Part shown: in pieces, positions 1 to 10,540 of the stretch | Numbering within the stretch: the first letter of the stretch is position 1 | How the letters are laid out: the number at the start of each line of letters is the position of its first letter | NCBI GenBank assembly: GCA_029531755.1 | Contig: CM055969.1 | Coordinates: forward strand, 23,687,285 to 23,751,284 | DNA: 64,000 nt | Reading direction: 5' to 3' | Origin: Holothuria leucospilota | Lineage: Eukaryota | Position numbers and translations under genes: made by a program | Notes under the pieces: model-generated | Told to the model about the DNA's origin: nothing | The model's database searches: none | The model's input: only the letters and a program-made list of their open reading frames with translations

Positions 1-42
1 GGTTTCTGTCTCTGAACATAGGGAGTAAGATGACTGATTCTT

Positions 43-1545
43 TGCCAAAGGCAGGCAAGGAATCTGTGCTATGGTGATGTCGTGTATGTGTGTATGTGTA
101 TGTATGTGACCCCTAGCTTGTAAACACGATATCTCAAGATAGCACTGACCGACACATTTCAGATTTAGTGTATACATTCGTCATGTTGAGAGGAAGAAGC
201 CTATTGTTTTTGGTGGAGGTCAAAGGTCATTTGAAGTCACCAGAGGTCAAAAACCAAAAGCTTTGTAAACACGATATCTCAAGTAAGCAATGACCGACAC
301 TTTTCATATTTAAGTAAACAGATTTGTCATGTCAAGAGGAAGAACCCTGTAGTTTTTGGTAGAGGTCAAAGGTCATCTGAGGTCACCAGAGGTTAAACTG
401 CTAAAACTTCGTATTAAACGGCTTGTAAACACGATACCTCAAGGTAGCAATGACTGACACTTTTCATATTTGGTATATGGATTTGTCATGTTGTGAGGAA
501 GGATCCTATTGTTTTTGGTGAAGGTTAAAGGTCATTTGAGGTCACCGGAGGTAAAAGGCCAAAATGCTTGTAATCACGATATCTCAAGATAGGAATGACT
601 GACACTTTTCATATTTGGTATATAGATGTATCATGTTGAGAGGGAGAACCCTGGTGTTTTTGGTGGAGATCAAAGGTCATTTGAGGTCACCAGAGGTCAA
701 AGACCAAAAACCTTGACATCGTGGTATGTCAAGATAGGAATGGCCGATATAGATTTGTCATGTTGAGAGGAAGAATGCTGTTGTGTTTGGTAAAGGTCAA
801 AGGTCATGTGAGGTCACCAGTGGTTAAACTGCAAAAACCTTGTAAAATGGCTTGTAATCACTATATCTCAAGATAGCAATGACAGGCACTTTTCATATTT
901 GGTATATAGATTTGTCATGTTGAGAGAAAGAGCCCTATTGTTTTTGGTGAAAGTCAAAGGTCATTTGGGGACCCTGGAGCTAAAAAACTGAAAAGCTTGT
1001 AAACACAATATCTCAAGATAGGAATGAAGGACACTTTTTCGCATTTGGTATATAGATTTGTCATGTAAGGAAGAATCCTATTGTTTTTGGTGGAGGTCAA
1101 AGGTCATCTGTGGTTACCATAGGTCAAAAAGTGAAATTTCCCAAGAATTCCCAAGATTGCCATCTGGGGTAATCAAAGGTCAAAAAGCAAAGTTTTCCAA
1201 GAAGTCCCAAGATCATCATCTGAGGTCACCAAGGGTCAAAAAGCAAAATTTCCCAAGAATTCCCAAGATTGTCATCTGGGGTCACCAGAGGTCAAAAAGC
1301 AAAATTTCCCAAGAATTTTCAAGATCCAAGATCCATTGGAGTTGAATCCCTTTCGAGACACTTCCGTTTTTCCTTTTTGTTATATTTGGTGGGGTTCAGA
1401 GGTCATGTGAGGTCAGTAGAGATCAAATTGTTAAAACATCGTAAAATGATGTAGTCAAGAAAGATAAATTTGAGGGATAAACCTCAGTGCAACAAAGCAT
1501 CCCCATTCGGCAAGGAATCACTAAGCCTTTGGGCTTTCTAGTTTT
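43..1545 (+). mobile_element. Family A composite MITE-like element. Layout: hairpin-like 5' terminus (..ggcaggcaaggaatc), (TG)n at 86-108, about 7 satellite monomers of ~145-150 bp (114-1060), ~66-bp subrepeats (1130-1330), then the 3' terminus ..cattcggcaaggaatcactaagcctttgggctttct.
   Basis: The same ordered structure recurs in reverse orientation at 39459-40978 and as a satellite-free ~240-bp copy at 26653-26890. Both termini carry GGCAAGGAAT in inverted orientation. Confidence 0.75.
217..249 (+). promoter_or_regulatory. Example of the AGGTCA half-site cluster carried by every satellite monomer: AGGTCAaAGGTCAtttgAAGTCAccagAGGTCA (DR1 + DR4 + DR4 spacing)
   Basis: The motif is read directly. 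It is reiterated in each ~145-bp monomer of families A and B on both strands, e.g. 365-398, 513-546 and 8448-8470, and as tgacct..tgacc in minus-orientation copies. Confidence 0.4.
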
Positions 1546-2285
1546 AGAAAAGCAGAATACAACCAGGGAATGATAAAAATATTCTCTACAAGACAAAAAA
1601 AATCACCTTCCAAAAAAGTCTTCAAAATGTTTGGAAAATCAAAAGTTCCTCTTTAGTTTAATTTTCTAGTGCAAACACTGACTACGCCACATATTTACAA
1701 TAGAACTTATGCATACTACGTCACAGAACACCGGCAGAGGTAAGCGTGGATCATTACAACTTACACCAACACAAATGCAGACAGCTGATTTGTGTACTGG
1801 TCGGAATACGTGCGCGAGTCTACTACTGTATGTGCACACAGTGTGCTTCATTTTTTGCCCTCCAAAATGACCTCTGGGTGACGTCAAAACGTAAGGTCTG
1901 TTAGATGTTTCTGTAGCTATGCAAAGAAAGCTTACATGTTGAAAGATTCATTTGGTACAATTGTACATGTGTACACAACTGGCCAATCATAGGGAGGCAG
2001 GCAGTACATATAGAGGTGTTTCACCGATGTCACATGATGGTGCATCTCTTTGGTTGTTAGCATTTTGTGGGGCAAGCATCCATTGTGTCACAGTAGTGTC
2101 TATGGTTATTCTGTGTGTGTGTGCTGTAAATATGCTTACTGTTTGAGTGCTGTGCCCGATAATCCCAATCACGTGACATCAAATGAAATACCTGTATACA
2201 ACATATCTTGTATACACACTACTACACAAGCGTGTAGTAAAGTCATTGCATATAACTGCTCATCATGTTCTCTCCAATATCTTAG

Positions 2286-2417
2286 GGGATTGATGTTCCT
2301 AGAGAAGAACTTTGGTGGTGTCGTACAGGAGATGAACTTGAAACCAGAAGATGGACAGCTGCTAGCAGCAGTGAACCAGGAACTGAAACAATATGTCAGT
2401 TTGCTGGAAAAAGTCAA
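2286..2417 (+). CDS. MARS1: Methionyl-tRNA synthetase (cytoplasmic, MARS1-like) internal exon; translates ...GLMFLEKNFGGVVQEMNLKPEDGQLLAAVNQELKQYVSLLEKVK
   Basis: In-frame match to the MetRS anticodon-binding region (human ...[41 protein letters not shown]...). Acceptor AG at 2284-2285, donor GTATGT at 2418. Phase is consistent with the next exon (aa|a = Lys). Confidence 0.8.
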
Positions 2418-3161
2418 GTATGTAACCTCTGTATGAAATTATGGGTACTCTAGTGCAGTCAATGGTCTGTTTCTTATGTGAAATAATTGAAAATGAGTGA
2501 AGATATAATTGTTAAAAGATTGTCATGCAAATTGATTTTGACCATATTCAAAGCATATACAAGCCCATTTCTCACAACACTTTGTGAATTGCCCTGTTTT
2601 GAAAAATGACTTTGTAGAGTGGAACATTCTTAGCAAATTGGATAAGGTCTTGTTAGAAGGATGCATGTAGCATTATAGTGACCATTGCTGGAAAGGTCAA
2701 ACAGGCATGAATGTAATCAAGAATTCAGCTTGCTATGAATTTTGTAGTGAGGAATGAAGGCTGGTTCACAATTCCAAATTTTCACGTGCTGTAAAGGTTA
2801 AGAACTACATACTGTAAAGTCACCCTTTGCTCTTCCTGGCCATTCACAGATATAGCTCAGAGAGGAACAGTGTTCAACTTTCATAGCTTTACGGCACTAA
2901 ACTGAAGTATGAATCGCCTTTAGAGTGTCAGTAGTTTCCACATAGTAAAATATTTATTACTATGTAGAAATAGATCTTGTATTGTTCTCATATTCAGAAA
3001 TAACATGTTGTTGTCTTTATTTAACCTATCCCATTACTGGCTAATGTGCATTCATTGAGCATGTCAGGTCAAATTGTCACCTTTAATCATATGATGTTTT
3101 GTTCACCAAATACTCAGTTCCATTCATGTCATAGTAACTTTACGTACAATTGTTTTTGTAG

Positions 3162-3266
3162 AATCCGAGATGCTCTGCGTCATATCCTGAACATCTCCCG
3201 TTTTGGGAACCAACACATCCAGGCCACCAAGCCATGGGTTCTAGTCAAGGGGTCTGAGAAGGAGAA
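3162..3266 (+). CDS. MARS1: MARS1-like exon; [35 protein letters not shown]
   Basis: Matches human [34 protein letters not shown]. Acceptor ttgtag|, donor GTAAGT at 3267. Phase 2 joins to exon 3. Confidence 0.85.
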
Positions 3267-4506
3267 GTAAGTTTATGTTTAATTGCATGCTGCCTTCCTT
3301 TTTCTGCTAGTGTTAAAGTATTGGTTAATTTAATGTGTTTTTCTTTGTTACTGCTGATACACTGTCAGGGATGTGTCCACACCAGGTGGCACAAGGTCAG
3401 TCTTGGCACCCAGGACTTGTACATTTACCAAACACAGATTTAAAATTGGTCAGATTTAGCTGGGGTGTTTCTTTGGTATATGTTTAGCACAAAACTATCT
3501 GTCTACCATTTTGGGGACTGAGGAGTCACAATTTCCTGCCAGAACTCAATACTATTTGGGCACATTTCTGCACTGTGTTTGAATACTGTCATGAAATTTC
3601 TCATCACATCCAAAAATTCATGTTGTTGATGTATCGTCATTTAGAAAATACTTCATGTATCTGCAAAGATTTTGAGCTGATGTCATAGACATCTGTCCAT
3701 TAGGGTCCGGGATGACGGGCTATGGTTCGGGTTTGGGGTGAAATTTTTCATAATTAAGTGTCACTCTGTGAATGTAACTATAGATGTACCGCTCCCCATC
3801 TCCTTCCCTGTTTTATTTATTTTATTTTTATTTCAACCTTCAAGGGTAAAACTCATTTAGCAATTGATACAAAATGCTAATCTTACATGAGGCCCTCAAT
3901 GTAGTTCAAAATTTAAGAAGTATAAAAAGTGAAAACATGTATATATGTACAAATAAAGAACAAAAGGTAAATGAAAATAATACACAGAAGTGAACCTATA
4001 CAGTACTAGAAAGTTCAAAGTTCAGGCCCTTAAATTTTTTTTTTTTGCTCCATTTCTTTCTTTCTTTCTTTTTTCAATGCTTGTTCATAAGTTATGTACA
4101 TGTAATTTACATACAGGGGTAATACATTACATTGTAGTGTGCATCCTTTACTTTGGGCTAGACATATTGTACATGATCAAGGCTCGTGATAATATACCTG
4201 CCCATGTGGAATTAAAAGCACATGCATACATCTATGAACATTTCTTTTGAATGCAGGATAACACAAAACATTCCATATGTACAGTACAATGGTTTTATAA
4301 TATTATGATCTCTTTGTTTAGCAAAACTACTCAACAGTGGTGCAGAGCAATGGTTTTGAACCCTTCAAGTATCTAAAAGCTGGGAATACACTTTCATATG
4401 TCAGATTGGGACAATTATTGGGGATTCCACTAGTGGGACTGGGAGAAATTTTGAATATTTGTAGAAGGGATGCATGCAATCACAATGGCCTTTGTGTGTT
4501 TCTGAT

Positions 4507-5540
4507 GCAAAGCTTGTAAACACAATATCTCAAGATAGTCCTTAATGTGGTATATAGTCATTTTTAGAGCTCTATTGTTTCGGGTGGAGGTCAGAGGTCA
4601 TTTGAGGTCACAGAGGTAAAAGCTGCAAAGCTTTAAACGCAATATCTCAAGACAGGAATGTGGATATTTTAATACTTTTATATAGATTTGTCATATTGAG
4701 AGGAATAACCTATTTTTGGTAAAGGTCAAAGGTCATCTGAGGTTACCAGAGGTGAAACTACGAAAACCCAAGAAAACTGCTTGAAAGCACAATATTTCAA
4801 TATGCAAAACATTGAAGGGTCTCATGTCTAGCATGTGATTGCCCGTATTGAGGACAAGAATCATGTTGTGTTTGATATTGTTTTTGTGGAGGTGAAAGAT
4901 CATTTGAGGTTACCATATAAGTAAAATTTTGCAGAGCTCATTAACACAGAAGAAGGGTAAACCTTGATGGGTTTTATGCTTAGCTTTACATGCTCTACAT
5001 TTAATGCAAAACCTCTTTGCATTTTGATGGAGTTCAAAGGTCTTTTTAGGTTATCAAAAGTCAAAATGTACAAATGTGTTAAACATGATACCACAAGAAG
5101 TGTTACTTGAAGGATCTTTCACTTAGCATGGAGATGGTTGACAATAAATTCAACACCTCTGTTGTTCTGGTGGAGGTCAAAAGTCTTTTGAGGTCACCAG
5201 AGGTCTAACAGAAAACCTGGTAAACAAGATGTCTTAATAAGGATAATTTTGTAAGATGTAATAATTTGCACGTAGATGCTCCATAGCAACAGTTGATAAC
5301 TAAAAGAACCTTACAGTGTTTGGTGGAGATAAAAAGGCATTTGAACTCACAAATGTCAAACTAGGAAAACCTTGTTAACATCATATCCCAGGAAGGGAAG
5401 CTTTGGCGACTCTTGTACTTGACAGATAGGTGCCAAATCTTATATAAAGAATAGAAGAAACCTATTGATTCTATTGGAAGTCAAAGGTCATTTGGGCTCA
5501 TGAGAGGTCTAGCTGTGAAATTATGTAAGCCTAATATATC
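4507..5540 (+). repeat. Degenerate older array of the ~145-bp satellite (cttgtaaacacaatatctcaag...ggaggtcagaggtcatttgaggtcac...), without the terminal modules
   Basis: Diverged monomers are recognisable at about 4507, 4635, 4790, 5040, 5160, 5320 and 5465. Confidence 0.55.
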
Positions 5541-6169
5541 TCAAGAACTGAAATAGTACATGTCAAGATCTTTTGTTCTCCCACCACCGATCACTGCCCA
5601 GCGCTCCCCCTCACTACTTAAAATTACCCCGCACCAAGCAGAATGAAAGGATTTGACATGTAGACTGGGCGTATTTTCTTTGCAAGGAATCAGAGAACAG
5701 ACATTCTGGTTACTTGATGTGACCACTGCTTTGAACCTTATTGGCCAAAATATCACAATGCCTTTGTAACTTTTAAGATTAAACACTGCACCATACACAT
5801 TTACCGTAACTCCTCCTTAATAATATACTAAATTACACACACTCCTTTGTCCTCCCGGACACAAGTCCACAATAGCCATCCAGTGCAGTGAATGACTGAT
5901 GACAGTACTACATGACTTATGCACTGCCACATCGTTGGAGGCAGGGGACATACTCCCTTTTGGCTCTTCAGTGTTTGTTACCTTAGAATACAAAGGAATC
6001 AGTTTTGTTCAGAACAGAGTACTCACAGCTACCATAGCTATTCAGGTATTAGATACAACTCAGGCACACAACATACGTGTTTGCATAACAAAAAGAGAGG
6101 AACCCATTCCTGTGTCCACCAAATCCCTTGAGCTATCCCTGACTCTTTGTAAACTTTGTAAATTCCATG

Positions 6170-6660
6170 ACTTTTCCGTTTGGAAAATCAATACTTTTCC
6201 CTAAATTCCCTGCTTGCTAGTAACCTTATACAGTGTGCAGACTATAATCTCATAAGAAAACATTAAAAGTTAATTAACTTGAGAATAAAAAAAACAACCT
6301 TGAACCAACAGCTTATTGCTCTTGGATGAAAAATTAGTTAAACTTTGACCCAAAATGACATTTGACTTCCTAATTTTAGATTCTTAATGCTTCAAATGGA
6401 TGACTCCCTGACTTTTACCTGTTTGGAAAAATCAATACTTTTCCCTGAATTCCCTGCATGCTAGTAACCTTGTACATTGTGCAGACTATAGTCTCATAAG
6501 AAAACATTAAAAGTTAGTTAACTTGAGAATAAAAAAAACAACCTTGATCCAACAGCTTATTGCTCTTGGATGAAAAATCAGTTAAACTTTGACCCAAAAT
6601 GACATTTGACTTCCTAATTTTAGAGCCTTGATGCTTCAAATGGATGTCCCTTAGCTCTTA
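6170..6660. repeat. Tandem duplication of two ~243-bp units, immediately 3' of the NAT stop codon
   Basis: Near-identical copies: ttggaaaatcaatacttttccct(a/g)aattccctgc...ctaattttaga... repeated at about 6177 and about 6420. Confidence 0.8.
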
Positions 6661-6705
6661 CACTCTTCTGTACAGTAACATCAGATTGTATTACATGCAT
6701 ACACA

Positions 6706-7605
6706 TTATATCAGTTTGCTAAATTTGAAGACTTTTTCAAGCTTCTTGACTGAATATTGAGGATAATGTTCCAGAAAAAAGTCCATCAGTTCTGTCTTTT
6801 TCATGGTAACCCTTTCTGTGGTGTCATCCTTCAGGTTGTAAAATGTTGCATGGGTCTGACCATCTAAACACACAATGTTTACATGTAATTGCTCAGTTAA
6901 GAATGTAGAGAAGAGTAAACTGTCAAATGGCTTACTGAAGATACTGCCACGTTTGACATACTCTTGCCACTTTCCAATGAATGTGGACCATGCGACTTGT
7001 TTACTGAGCCTGTACTCTAACATTAGTTGCCAACGTTCCCCATTTGAGTCGCATATGACTGGTGTGTCAGGATCAGGGGCTAAAGGAATGCAAAGCAGCA
7101 AAATGTCATTCTTTGTCTTGAAAAATTTGATCTTAAATTTATGAAATGTGTATACAGGGGACTCCCTCTCAAAATCAAGGGGAACAGCTGTATAGAGGGG
7201 GTATCTCATGCCAGGGTCCACCAGATGGCGACTTCCAGGGTAAGAAATATCACAGACGATGGTGCTGATATGGGTGTCTTTGTCAATAGGCCTATCTATT
7301 ATTGGATGGTTCATACCAGGTATGTGGTAGGTGATATGTCCAAGTTGCTCTAGTATGACCTTGGTGAAAGGATTTATCCAGATACAGGTCCCCCCTTGGC
7401 CTGACAGAATGTGGTATTTGAAATCTTCAGGCGTCAAGTCTGGGAACTTTCCTGCCAAAAGGTTTATGTTCGTGAAAGGTAGACTTTTCTTTATCCCTTT
7501 GATCACATCATTCAGGAAGTCCAATGATTTTCCTCCAGCATGCACTTGTGAACGGCATATCCCTAAACTGTTGTCTAGGAAAGTGAATGCTTCCTCCTTT
7601 GTCAA
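6706..7605 (-). CDS. NAT: Arylamine N-acetyltransferase (NAT), complete intronless 299-aa CDS
   Basis: An uninterrupted 900-nt ORF. The N-terminus MTKEEAFTFLDN resembles human NAT1 MDIEAYLERIGY. SLPFTNINLL aligns with VPFENLNIH. GQGGTCIWIN aligns with RGGWCLQVN and places a Cys at the catalytic Cys68 position. THISTIVCD aligns with MIHLLLQVTID and places a His at the His107 position. HLVDPGM aligns with YIVDAGFG and places an Asp at the Asp122 position. Length is 299 aa, typical for NAT. Confidence 0.85.
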   Translation of the reverse strand: MTKEEAFTFLDNSLGICRSQVHAGGKSLDFLNDVIKGIKKSLPFTNINLLAGKFPDLTPEDFKYHILSGQGGTCIWINPFTKVILEQLGHITYHIPGMNHPIIDRPIDKDTHISTIVCDISYPGSRHLVDPGMRYPLYTAVPLDFERESPVYTFHKFKIKFFKTKNDILLLCIPLAPDPDTPVICDSNGERWQLMLEYRLSKQVAWSTFIGKWQEYVKRGSIFSKPFDSLLFSTFLTEQLHVNIVCLDGQTHATFYNLKDDTTERVTMKKTELMDFFLEHYPQYSVKKLEKVFKFSKLI

Positions 7606-7676
7606 CAGGTACGGTACTTCTTTGCCTTGTGTTGTCTAAATGGTAGAAAGATAATTAAAAGAATGTTACCATTTCT

Positions 7677-8718
7677 GGTTTCGATGATAAGAGAAACCTA
7701 TGCATTCATGATGGCATATGTGTGTATGTATGTGTGTATGTGCATGCACTCACCCACGTGGCCTTAGCGGGTGTGAGAGCTCTGCTCTCGCAGCGTCTCT
7801 CCTAGCTCACACGCGGATAGAAACCGGCGTAGCTGCCTGAAAATTCGGCAACTGCGAAGAGAAGTGGCTGCACATGTCTGCCTTGGAGCGCAGCTTGCCC
7901 TCAAGCACGTACATCCACTCGACTCGTTTGTGGGCAGCTCCGCTGCTGGGAATTTCTCTTGGATTCCCTACCCTACCGGGTCCTTGCCTGGTAGCCCGTA
8001 AGGCATGGAGTGTGCGTACTGTATGTGTGTGTGTATGTGTGTTTGTGACACTTTGCTCGTTAACATGATATCTCAAGAAGGGAAACTCTGACAGTTCTCA
8101 AACTTGGTACATAGATGCCCCATATTGAGAGGAAGAACCCTATTGTTTTTGGTAGAGTTCAAAGGTCATCTAGGGTCACCGGGGGTCAAACACTGAAAAC
8201 CTTATTAACATAATATCTCAAAGGAGGAAGCTTGGATAGATTTTATACGTAGTATGTGGATGCATTGTGGTGAAAAGATGAACCCTATCATTTTTGGTGG
8301 AGGTCATCTGGGGTCAATGGGGGTCAAACACTGAAAACCTTGTTAAAATGTATTTCCAGGTAGGAAGCTTGAATAGATTTCATACTTAGTGTGTGGATGT
8401 GTTATGGTGAAAAGATGGACCCTATTGTTTTTGGTGGAAGTCAAAGGTCATCTTGGGTCACGAGAGGTAAAAAAGCAAAATTTCCCTAGAATTCCCAATA
8501 GTTTGATGTGGGTTCACCAGAGGTCAAAGAGCAAAATTTCCCAAGAATTCCCAAGATCGTCATCTGGGGTCACCAGAGGTCAAAATGCAAATTTCCCAAG
8601 AATTAAATGGGAACACAAAACAGTATTTTTCCAACATGTTAAGATAGCATTTGACCATTGACTGAAAGATATGGGACATCATGGATTTATCTGGAATAGA
8701 ACATATATCATCGAAACC
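7677..8718 (+). mobile_element. Family B composite MITE-like element, copy 1. Layout: 13-bp TIR GGTTTCGATGATA inside a hairpin, (TG)n, about 3 satellite monomers (8050-8460), ~66-bp subrepeats (8470-8620), then the inverted TIR at 8706-8718.
   Basis: The 5' end ggtttcgatgataagagaaacc is itself a hairpin. Its 3' end is the reverse complement of the 3' end of the copy at 52801-56077. The element lies 72 bp upstream of the NAT start codon. Confidence 0.75.
7741..8020. mobile_element. GC-rich ~280-bp insertion that splits the (TG)n microsatellite of family B copy 1; candidate SINE-like insertion
   Basis: Absent from the otherwise collinear copy at 55935-56040, where the (CA)n tract is uninterrupted. 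Local GC is far above the flanks. TG-repeat sequence resumes on both sides. Confidence 0.5.
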
Positions 8719-9112
8719 TCAATGCATTTTTGCATTCTGGTTCTTAAAATAGTGCAGACAAGCTGCTAACAACAATGTTGATAATAAACACACTCAACAT
8801 TCTTCAATGATAAATCTCCATACCTCTTTCAGTATTGGCCTCAGAAATTAAGCTGGGGTCTGGTTTAATGCTGATGCAATGCCGCTTGTTAATCGTAATC
8901 AGATGTCCCTAAGATCCCGTACAAACTACAGATTTGTTTCTCCAATCATCATAAGTGTCTCATAATCTCTCTCACATATGCAAAAATTATAGGCTTACAC
9001 AAACTGACAGGGTTATGCTTAGGTCTATTGCATTGTAATTCATATGGATATGAAGTTACTAGAGAAGATTGTTCTCTTCGGCAACTGCTTGAGACGGGAT
9101 ACCCACTAGCCA

Positions 9113-10540
9113 GAAGGTTCACTAGATAAAAAATGTACTTAACCTAAAATCTACTTTAGATTAAAGGTGGCATTAGGATTCATGTCAGTTGCAGAATAAG
9201 GTTGAGGATTCCAGGATAGCCTTGTGTAGGATTAGGGTTTGGGCTCGGTTTATGGTTAGGATTAAGTTTTGTGTCAGGATGTTTGGTATAATGAACCTTC
9301 GATTAAGGAAACCTTGGGGTAGTGAACCCTGCCTTTGAAGAACACTCTTTTGTTTAAGCAAGCCTTGTCTCAGTTTCAAGTAAGGAGGGGGGGAGGGGGT
9401 TGCTGGCACTTCTGAGTGAGGGATATTCCCATGACAACAACATGAGCAGCATATATCGTTATGATATTTTTGTGTACAGTTGTTGATTCTCAAGGCTGTT
9501 TTGATTTTATTTTGTGAAGTTTTGCTTTTAAAGTAGTGATTTTGGCCTAAAACTCAGAAAATGATGGGGATGCAAGATAGTTCAATCAAATTGTAAATTG
9601 TCATTTAGCTGCAACTTTGTGCATGTCTCTTAGTACTTACTTTTCTCACTACTTTATTTTGTAGCTGAACTACATATTACAACTAGTTTAGTGTTAGGCT
9701 TATGTGGCTAACACCAGTGTCATACAAGGGTGCATGAATGAAAGTCCATTAAAAAGTGCCTTTCAGTTCTTAGCATATAAGAAAATAGTACTTACCATAT
9801 TTGAAGAGAAAACTCTTTCACTTCCAAATAGCTCTTTCTTCTTAAAATCAGAAAGCAGTGGGTGCTTATGTTTGAATTTCCACACTAACCATAGAGTTGC
9901 AGCTCTTGCAGTGTGACACAAGTGTTTATAGACTTCCATACTGTGTCATTTGAAAGATGCTTGTAGCTAGTATAGCAATCCTAAATTCTGTATGAACTAA
10001 GAGAACAAGTAAATGACCATAGTATTCAAATCGGATATGTTGTCCCATTTTACATTGTATCCTGTTTTATTACAGGAAAGGCAAAGATACATCATTCCTG
10101 TATTCAAGTCCACATTTTCAGTATCCCCTGAAATGTGTGGGAATAGCTGTATCTACTCTATAGCTATTTAGAGCAGTGTTCACTAGATGGCATGATGCTA
10201 GAATTCAATAGGAGGATTTAGCCATCAGGCGGCTATGTATTTCACCCGAGAAAATGGCCTTTTCCTGGGAAACTTTGGCTAAACGAGCCTATTGAATTCT
10301 AGCGACATGGAAGGTTCACTAGACTGAAGATCCTGACTCCATATTTAATCTTAACCCTAACTGTAATCCTCAACCAAGCGCTAATCCTGCCTGAGGATAA
10401 TCCTTAGCCTAATCCTAAACGTTATTATGCATGCCCAAATCCTATCCCTAAATTTAGCCCAAAGTAAACTTTTGGTCAAGCAGATCTTCAGTCTAGATCG
10501 CGAAAATTTGTTCTAGTGAACCTTCGGCTTTGTGGATATC
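9113..10540. mobile_element. Foldback-like element with ~230-bp inverted arms (9113-9340 and 10290-10540). The arms begin gaaggttcactaga and are rich in AGGATT / TAATCCT subrepeats.
   Basis: The reverse complement of the right arm aligns to the left arm: gaaggttcactaga..ggttgaggatt..gtcaggat..gtgaaccttc. Confidence 0.55.

Noticed and set aside
9230-9290. TTAGGG-like telomeric repeat
   Set aside because: There is only one exact TTAGGG. The sequence is part of the AGGATT heptamer family in a foldback arm, not an interstitial telomeric array.
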